Origin: Dehalococcoidia bacterium
Lineage (GTDB): Bacteria; Chloroflexota; Dehalococcoidia; UBA2979
Direction of reading: 5' to 3'
DNA: 64,000 bases
Assembly: GCA_963667465.2 (NCBI GenBank)
Contig: CAXXDN010000002.1
Coordinates: forward strand, 192,001 to 256,000
Position 1 is the first letter of the stretch, and each line of letters begins with the position of its first letter. The translations under genes and the position numbers were made by a program. Shown here piece after piece: positions 57,943 through 64,000 of the stretch. A model generated the notes under the pieces. The model did no database searches and had not been told where the DNA came from. It saw only the letters and a list, made by a program, of their open reading frames with translations.

Positions 57943-59193
57943 CTAAATCGCGCCCGCGTGGCGGAGGATCGGGAGCTGTTCCGGCTCGAGGCCGAGCAGA
58001 TCGCAGTAGACCTCGCGGTTGTGCTCGCCGAGGAGCGGCGCGGGGCCCGGCCGCCGCGACTCGATCGTCGAGGTGCGGAACGGGAAGGCGGTGTCGGTCA
58101 TCGCCCCGGTCTCGGGGTGCTCGACCTCGCGGAGGAAGCCGCGCACGCGCAGCTGCTCGCTGGCGAGCACCTCTTCCATGGTGGCGTGGCCGGTGATGGT
58201 GAGGCCGTGCGCCTGCCCGGTCTCCTGGATCTGCTCGCGGGTGCGCTCCAGGCACCACTCGGCGATCGTGTCGCGCACCTCGTCGGCGTGGTCGGGCTTG
58301 TGGATGCCGAGCTGGGGGAGGTTCCAGATCTCCTCGGTGAACCACGGTTCCGAGGCGAACCAGGGGTCGCCGCCCATCATCTCGACGAGGGCGCCCCAGT
58401 TGCGCTGGCCCCAGACCGCGCCGATCACGATCCAGCCGTCCTTGCAGCGGTAGACGCCGGGGAACCACTCCGTATCCAGCTCGCGCGTGACGAGCGTGCC
58501 GTCCGAGGCGTAGCGGTGCACCTCCGGCCGCTGCGTGCTCATCAGCGCCCACTGCTTCGAGATATCGACGAGCTGCCCGCGGCCCGTGCTCATTCGCGCC
58601 AGCAGTGCGGCGAGGGTGGCCGTGCCCGCGTTCAGACCCGCGTCACATTCGGCGATGAAGGAGCCGGGCTTGACGGGACCGGCGTCCGGGAACTCGCGCA
58701 GCGCGATCTGGCCCGCGAGCTGATGGTAGGTGGCCCCGCTGGCGTGCACGACGTTGAGCGGGTAGGCGTGCTCGTCGCGCCGCGGGCCGGTCGAGCCGTA
58801 AGGGGTGATCGCGGTCACGACCAGCCGCTCGTGCTGCGCGGACAGCGTCTCGTAGTCGAGGCCGAGCTCGTCGATGAGCGCGGGCGGGCGGTCGTGCATG
58901 AAGACGTCGGCGCGCGCGATCAGGTCGCGCAGGATCGCGAGGCCGTCCGCGGTCTCCGGGTCGAGCGTGACGCTGCGCTTGTTGGTATTGAGCAGCAGGT
59001 AAAGGCCGCTGCGCTCGGAGTCCGGTTCGTCGTTGGGGAAGGGGCCGCGCCGGCGCGCCTCGTCGCCCTCGCCGGGCGCCTCGATCTTGATCACGTCGGC
59101 GCCGGCCTCGGCGAGCCACTTGCCGCAGAACGGACCGCAGACGAGCGAGCACCACTCCACCACAAGCACGTCGTCGAGCGGTCGGGCGGTCAC
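57943..59193 (-). CDS. Family III CoA-transferase
   Basis: Motifs PLDDVLVVE, GADVIKIE, NTNKRSV, TPYG.TGP. Start trimmed to GTG 59193. Confidence 0.88.
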   Translation of the reverse strand: MTARPLDDVLVVEWCSLVCGPFCGKWLAEAGADVIKIEAPGEGDEARRRGPFPNDEPDSERSGLYLLLNTNKRSVTLDPETADGLAILRDLIARADVFMHDRPPALIDELGLDYETLSAQHERLVVTAITPYGSTGPRRDEHAYPLNVVHASGATYHQLAGQIALREFPDAGPVKPGSFIAECDAGLNAGTATLAALLARMSTGRGQLVDISKQWALMSTQRPEVHRYASDGTLVTRELDTEWFPGVYRCKDGWIVIGAVWGQRNWGALVEMMGGDPWFASEPWFTEEIWNLPQLGIHKPDHADEVRDTIAEWCLERTREQIQETGQAHGLTITGHATMEEVLASEQLRVRGFLREVEHPETGAMTDTAFPFRTSTIESRRPGPAPLLGEHNREVYCDLLGLEPEQLPILRHAGAI

Positions 59194-59381
59194 GTCGCGA
59201 TTCCTCCCCCGAGGGCGTCCGGGCCCCGGCCGTCCGGGTCCGGATGGCAGGCCGCGCAAGCCTACACGCTGCGCCGCGCTGCGGCAGCGCCTGCCCGCGG
59301 GCGCTGCTAGTATCCGCCCGGCGACGCCGCAGCAGCCAGCGAAACGCCGGCCGTGCAAGTGCTGAGTGGAGGGCCCCGGTC

Positions 59382-60299
59382 ATGCGCATCGGCTTCATCG
59401 GGCTCGGCAACATGGGCGGTCCGATGGCCATGAACCTGATCAGGGCCGGCCATGATCTGACCGTGAACGACCTGCGCCGCGAGCTGGCCGATCCGCACCT
59501 CGCGGCCGGCGCGAACTGGGCCGACAGCGTGCAGGCCGTCGCCGAGGCGAGCGAGCTCGTCTTCACCTCGCTACCCGGACCGCCCGAGGTCGAGGCGGTC
59601 GCGCTCGGCCCCGGCGGCATCCTCGAGAGCGCCGTCGAAGGCAGCGTCTACATCGACCTCTCCTCCAACCGGCCGACGCTGATCCGCGAGATCCACGCCC
59701 GCTTCGCCGAGCGCGGCATCGAGGTGCTCGATGCGCCGGTAAGCGGCGGCATCACCGGCGCGGCGGCGGGCACGCTTGCGGTGATGGTCGGCGGCGACGC
59801 CGACCGCTACGAGGAACTCAAGCCGGTGCTCGACGCCATTGGCGACAAGGTGAGCTACATCGGCGGCATCGGCAGCGGCATGGTCGCGAAGCTGGTGCAC
59901 AACATGACCTCGATCTCCTCGCGGATGGCGATCGCCGAGGGCATGACGCTGGCCGCCAGGGCGGGCGTCGACCCGCACGTGATGCAGCGCGTGCTGCAGG
60001 ACGGGGCGTTCGGGCAGGGGCACTTCCTCAACCACCGCCTCGTCGACACGGTGTTCGCGCAGCACTGGGACCCGCCCAGCTTCGCCCTGCGCCTCTCGCG
60101 CAAGGACCTCGGCCTCGCCACCGAGCTCGGGCGTGAACTGGGCGTGCCGATGGCGCACGCCGCGCTCTCCGAGCAGGAGATGCTCGCCGCCCTCGGGCGT
60201 GGCTGGGGCGACTTCGACTCCAACATCTTCTTCCGGCTCCAGGAGGAGCGGGCGGGCGTCGAACTCGGCGGCGGCGATGACTCCGAGGGCGAGGAGTAA
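59382..60299 (+). CDS. NAD(P)-dependent 3-hydroxyisobutyrate dehydrogenase / tartronate semialdehyde reductase family
   Basis: Motifs [27 protein letters not shown]. Confidence 0.92.
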   Translation: MRIGFIGLGNMGGPMAMNLIRAGHDLTVNDLRRELADPHLAAGANWADSVQAVAEASELVFTSLPGPPEVEAVALGPGGILESAVEGSVYIDLSSNRPTLIREIHARFAERGIEVLDAPVSGGITGAAAGTLAVMVGGDADRYEELKPVLDAIGDKVSYIGGIGSGMVAKLVHNMTSISSRMAIAEGMTLAARAGVDPHVMQRVLQDGAFGQGHFLNHRLVDTVFAQHWDPPSFALRLSRKDLGLATELGRELGVPMAHAALSEQEMLAALGRGWGDFDSNIFFRLQEERAGVELGGGDDSEGEE

Positions 60300-60305
60300 G
60301 GCCTG

Positions 60306-61496
60306 ATGGCGGACGAGTCCGCGCCCGGCCCCCTCGCGGGCAAGCGCGTCCTGGACCTCACGACGGGCGTCGCCGGTCCGGCGGCCACGCAGATGCTCGG
60401 CTTCCTCGGGGCCGAGGTGATCCGCGTGACCAGCGCGATGATCCCGCGCATCCGCGCTACCGACGACGACCCGGCGATCAACGTGCTCTACCTCAACAAG
60501 GAGTGCGTGCGGCTCAACCTGCGCGACCCGCGCGGGCTCGACCTCGCGCGCCGGCTCGCCACGCAGTGCGACATCGTCGTCGAGAACCAGCGGCCGGGCT
60601 CCGTCGCGCGGCTTGGCCTCGGCTACGAGGCGCTGCGCGAGCTGCGGCCCGACATCATCGCGATCTCGCTCAGCGCCTCCGGCAAGGGTGGCCCCGCCGA
60701 GCACGAGGTCGGCTACGCACCGAACTTCGTCTCGCGCAGCGGCGTCGGGCTCACCTCGGGCTACGCCGGGGGGCCGCCCGGCGAGTACGTCAACTGGCCG
60801 GACCTGATCAGCGCGCACTGGCTCGTCTTCGCCGTGCTCTACGCCCTGATCCACCGCGAGCGCACCGGCGAGGGCCAGTACCTCGACCTCTCCGCCAACG
60901 AGTCGCTGACCTCGCTGGTTGGTGACCTCGTGCTGGATGCGGCGCTGAACGGGCGCAGCGCCGAGCCGCGGGGCAATAGCGATCCGACGATGGCCCCGCA
61001 CGCCGTCTACCGCTGCGCCGGCGAGTATGAGTGGGTCAGTATCGCCGTCGGGACCGACGGCGAATGGCAGGCGCTCTGTGAGGAGCTCGGCCGACCCGAG
61101 CTGGCCGAGGATCCGCGCTTCGCCGGCGTGCTCGAGCGGCTCGAGCACGAGCAGGAGCTCGACGCGCTGATCGGCGAGTGGACGAGCGCACAGCCCCCGG
61201 GCGACCTCGCGGCGCGGCTGCAGGCGGCGGGCGTGGCTGCCGCGCCGGTGCTCAACGGCAAGCAGTTGCTGGAGGACGAGCACCTGCGTGCGCAAGGCCG
61301 CTGGGTCGAGGTGGAGCACGCCATCCTCGGGAAGAAGTGGGTGATGACCTCGCCCTGGAGTCTCTCCGGCACGCCTGCGACGGTGCGCCATGCGGCGAAG
61401 CTGCAGGGCAGCGGCGAGCCCTACGTCTACGGCGAGCTGCTCGGCCTCAGCCGCGACGAGATCAAGGAACTGGTTCACGACAACGTGATCCACTGA
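60306..61496 (+). CDS. Family III CoA-transferase
   Basis: Motifs PLAGKRVLDLT..AGP, ENQRPG, WPD. Confidence 0.9.
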   Translation: MADESAPGPLAGKRVLDLTTGVAGPAATQMLGFLGAEVIRVTSAMIPRIRATDDDPAINVLYLNKECVRLNLRDPRGLDLARRLATQCDIVVENQRPGSVARLGLGYEALRELRPDIIAISLSASGKGGPAEHEVGYAPNFVSRSGVGLTSGYAGGPPGEYVNWPDLISAHWLVFAVLYALIHRERTGEGQYLDLSANESLTSLVGDLVLDAALNGRSAEPRGNSDPTMAPHAVYRCAGEYEWVSIAVGTDGEWQALCEELGRPELAEDPRFAGVLERLEHEQELDALIGEWTSAQPPGDLAARLQAAGVAAAPVLNGKQLLEDEHLRAQGRWVEVEHAILGKKWVMTSPWSLSGTPATVRHAAKLQGSGEPYVYGELLGLSRDEIKELVHDNVIH

Positions 61497-61608
61497 GCAC
61501 GACGGGACGCGCTACCCCGTACCGCGCGAGCCCGTACCATCGGCCCGGCGCAGCGAGGGCGCGACGGCGCCACAAGGGCAGCGAGGGCCCGGAAGCGAGG
61601 AACCGAAC

Positions 61609-63090
61609 ATGCAGTACGACGTCGTCGTCGTCGGCGCGGGCAACGCCGCCCACGCAGCCGCCGTCTCCGCACACGAGAACGGCGCCGAGCGGGTGCTGAT
61701 GCTGGAGAAGGCTCCCGAGGAACTGCGCGGCGGGAACACCCACTACAGCGGCGGCCTCTTCCGCTTCGCCTTCGAGCGCGCCGAGGACCTGCTGCCGATC
61801 GTCCCCAACATCGAGGATCAGGTGCCCGGCTTCACCGAGAACATCAAGCCCTACGGCGCCGCCCAGTTCCGCGCCGACCTCGACCGCGTGACCGAGGGCT
61901 CCTCGGACCCCGAGCTGTCCGAGGCGCTGATCGGCCGCTCCTACGACACGGTCCGCTGGATGGTCGAGCAGGGCATCGTGATGGGCCCTGCGACCGACCT
62001 CTCGGCCGTGAAGTACGAGGGCGCCGTGCGCTGGCCGCAGGGCGCGGTCATCCGCGCCGTCGGCATCGGCATCGGGCTCTCGCGGATGTGGTTCGAGGTG
62101 GCCCGCGACCGCGGCATCGAGCTGCGCTACGGCACGGGCGCGCGCTCGCTGACGCTCGACGAGAGCGGCGCGATCAGCGGCGTGGTGGTGAACGACGCCG
62201 ACGGCCTGCACGAGATCGAGACAGGCGCGGTGATCCTCGGCTGCGGCGGCTTCGAGGCCAACCCGGAGTGGCGCGCGCGCTACCTCGGACGACCCTGGGA
62301 CACGGCGCGTGTACGCGGCACCCGCTACAACAACGGCGACGGCCTGCGCATGGCCCTCGAGGTCGGGGCGCTGCCCTACGGGCAGTGGTCCGGCAGCCAC
62401 GGGACGCCGATCTCGGCGGACGCGCCGCTGTACGGCGACCGCCGGCTCACGGACCAGACCAACCGCCTCTCCTATCCCTTCGGCGTCATCCTCAACACCG
62501 AGGGTGATCGCTTCATCGACGAGGGTGAGGACTTCCACCTGCTGACCTACGCGAAGACCGGCGGCGCCGTGCTGCGCCAGCCCGGCGGCATCGGTTACCA
62601 GATCTTCGACTCGAAGGTGTTCGAGGCCCTGGAGCCGCGCTACCGCACGAGCGACCCGATCGTCGGGGACACACTGGAGGAACTGATCGCGCAGCTGCCG
62701 CTGGACCAGGAGACGGCGGCGCGCACGCTCGAGGCGTTCAACACCGCCGTCGTCGGCGAGGGCACGTTCGACCCGGGTGTCCGCGACGGGCTGAAGACGG
62801 ACGGCCTGGAGCCGGAGAAGACCAACTGGGCGCAGCGGCTGGACTCGCCGCCGTATCGCGCCTACCCGATCACTGGCGGCATCACCTTCACCTTCGGCGG
62901 CCTGCGTGTGAACACGGACGCCGAGGTGCTCAGCACGGACTGGACGCCGATTCCCGGCCTCTACACCTGTGGCGAGATGGTCGGCGGCCTCTTCCACTAC
63001 AACTACCCGGCCGGATCGGGGCTGATGTCCGGCGCCGTCTTCGGTCGCGCCGCCGGGCGCTCCGCCGCCGCGCACGTGAGCGGCGGCTAG
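61609..63090 (+). CDS. tcuA: FAD-dependent tricarballylate dehydrogenase-like flavoprotein
   Basis: Motifs VVGAGNAA, RGGNT, GGFEAN.EWR.RYLG..WD, YAK.G, ITFTFGGL, NYPAGSGLMSGAVFGR. Confidence 0.85.
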   Translation: MQYDVVVVGAGNAAHAAAVSAHENGAERVLMLEKAPEELRGGNTHYSGGLFRFAFERAEDLLPIVPNIEDQVPGFTENIKPYGAAQFRADLDRVTEGSSDPELSEALIGRSYDTVRWMVEQGIVMGPATDLSAVKYEGAVRWPQGAVIRAVGIGIGLSRMWFEVARDRGIELRYGTGARSLTLDESGAISGVVVNDADGLHEIETGAVILGCGGFEANPEWRARYLGRPWDTARVRGTRYNNGDGLRMALEVGALPYGQWSGSHGTPISADAPLYGDRRLTDQTNRLSYPFGVILNTEGDRFIDEGEDFHLLTYAKTGGAVLRQPGGIGYQIFDSKVFEALEPRYRTSDPIVGDTLEELIAQLPLDQETAARTLEAFNTAVVGEGTFDPGVRDGLKTDGLEPEKTNWAQRLDSPPYRAYPITGGITFTFGGLRVNTDAEVLSTDWTPIPGLYTCGEMVGGLFHYNYPAGSGLMSGAVFGRAAGRSAAAHVSGG

Positions 63091-63133
63091 CGAAGGGGAC
63101 GAGGGGTAACCGCCAGCGGTTCCCGGAGTGGCA

Positions 63134-63162
63134 TAGACGCTCACACGGAGCGCCGATAGGAT
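63134..63162 (+). promoter_or_regulatory. Candidate promoter for the ferredoxin fusion
   Basis: TAGACG-17 nt-TAGGAT. Confidence 0.4.
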
Positions 63163-63225
63163 GCCCGACAAGGTGACGCGCCTGACGCACGCCCTCGGGC
63201 GAGCGTAGGAGGAGAGGCCGCGCGG

Positions 63226-64000
63226 GTGACCTTCGTCATCACCCAGCCCTGCGTCGACGTGCAGGATCAGTCCTGCGTCGAGGTTTGCCCGGTCGACTGC
63301 ATCCACTTCGATGCCGGCGACGACCGGATGCTGTACATCGAGCCCGAGGTTTGTATCGACTGCGGCGCCTGCGAGCCGGCCTGCCCGGTGAGCGCCATCT
63401 TCGCCGAGGCCGACGTGCCCGAGGACCAGGCGCACTTCCTCGAGATCAACGCGCTCTGGTTCGAGGACGCCGCGGCCGCGCGCGCCATGGTCGGCGGCGG
63501 AGCCGCCCCGGCCCCCGCTGCCGCTCCCGCCGCCGAAGCGGCCGAGGAACCGGCGGCCGAGGCCGACGCGGAGCCTGCGGCTGCCGAGGAGGCGCCCGCT
63601 GCCGAGGCGGAGGCCGGCGACGAGCCCGCTGAAGAGCCGGCGGAGGCCGCCCCGGCGCTGGTCGCGGCCAGCACGCAGATCGAGGCCGTCGAAGACCACG
63701 GGCATAACGAGGGGCCCGCCGTCTCGCAGTACGGCCAGCCATCACCGATCGGCGTGGTCGCGCTCGCCGGGATGCTCGTCATGCTCATCGGCGTCTGGTT
63801 GGCGCCGGGCGATCCGGTCAACAGCGGCACGCCGATCATCGGTGGAGTGCTCGACATCATCCCGCGGCTCGGGATCTTCCGGAACCTGCAGGGGCCGCCG
63901 GAGCTGGGCGTGGTCCTCGTGCTTCCGGCGCTGCTGTTCCTGTTGATCTTCGTTCTCCAGCAGGCCCGCGAGCTGCGCGGCTTCGACGCGAAGCGCGAGC
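63226..64000 (+). CDS. FdxA-type (7Fe/8Fe) ferredoxin fused through an Ala/Glu/Pro linker to a membrane domain; 3' partial
   Basis: Not in the ORF track. SD AGGAGG, GTG 63226: MTFVITQPCVDVQDQSCVEVCPVDCIH...CIDCGACEPACPVSAIF. No stop follows; an acidic linker and two hydrophobic helices run to the window end. Confidence 0.88.
   Translation, partial: MTFVITQPCVDVQDQSCVEVCPVDCIHFDAGDDRMLYIEPEVCIDCGACEPACPVSAIFAEADVPEDQAHFLEINALWFEDAAAARAMVGGGAAPAPAAAPAAEAAEEPAAEADAEPAAAEEAPAAEAEAGDEPAEEPAEAAPALVAASTQIEAVEDHGHNEGPAVSQYGQPSPIGVVALAGMLVMLIGVWLAPGDPVNSGTPIIGGVLDIIPRLGIFRNLQGPPELGVVLVLPALLFLLIFVLQQARELRGFDAKRE

Noticed and set aside
700-63860. Many long overlapping ORFs (e.g. 3727-5724+, 28027-30189-, 56647-59310+, 59571-61493-, 61462-63705-)
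   Set aside because: They are antisense or alternate-frame shadows expected at ~70% GC. They have no recognisable motifs and overlap well-supported genes.

Overview
A roughly 70% GC bacterial chromosome segment. Gene content suggests Chloroflexota/Dehalococcoidia (Tepidiformales/SAR202-like); this is an inference from the T-box, DUF6391, and expanded LLM and CoA-transferase families. The left third (1-23.9 kb) is a minus-strand aromatic amino acid supercluster: tyrA-aroA-gmk, then trpE-[NUDIX/DinB]-trpG-[aspartyl protease]-trpD-trpC-trpF, then trpB-[CPBP]-trpA-aroH-aroF-scpA. The best finding is the trpE leader, which stacks two Trp sensors. A complete Trp-specific T-box riboswitch (UGG specifier) is followed by an unannotated 44-aa leader peptide with three tandem Trp codons, whose stop overlaps the trpE start. 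A 7.8-kb block splits trpF from trpB. It carries a TorS-like sensor kinase, a binding protein and a partner-switching module, plus a divergent His/Cys-repeat mini-protein and a His-repeat CDF exporter. The trpG 5' end is triplicated (3 x 71 bp). The middle holds cell-envelope genes and a probable transposase-less mobile cassette (30.2-30.8 kb). The right half holds catabolic paralog arrays (six family III CoA-transferases, three LLMs, two nitronate monooxygenases, and three crotonases, one frameshifted), ppk1, tRNA-Arg(TCT), an aapJQMP-like transporter, tcuA and a membrane-tethered ferredoxin that runs off the window. All calls come from reading motifs by eye; no searches were run.
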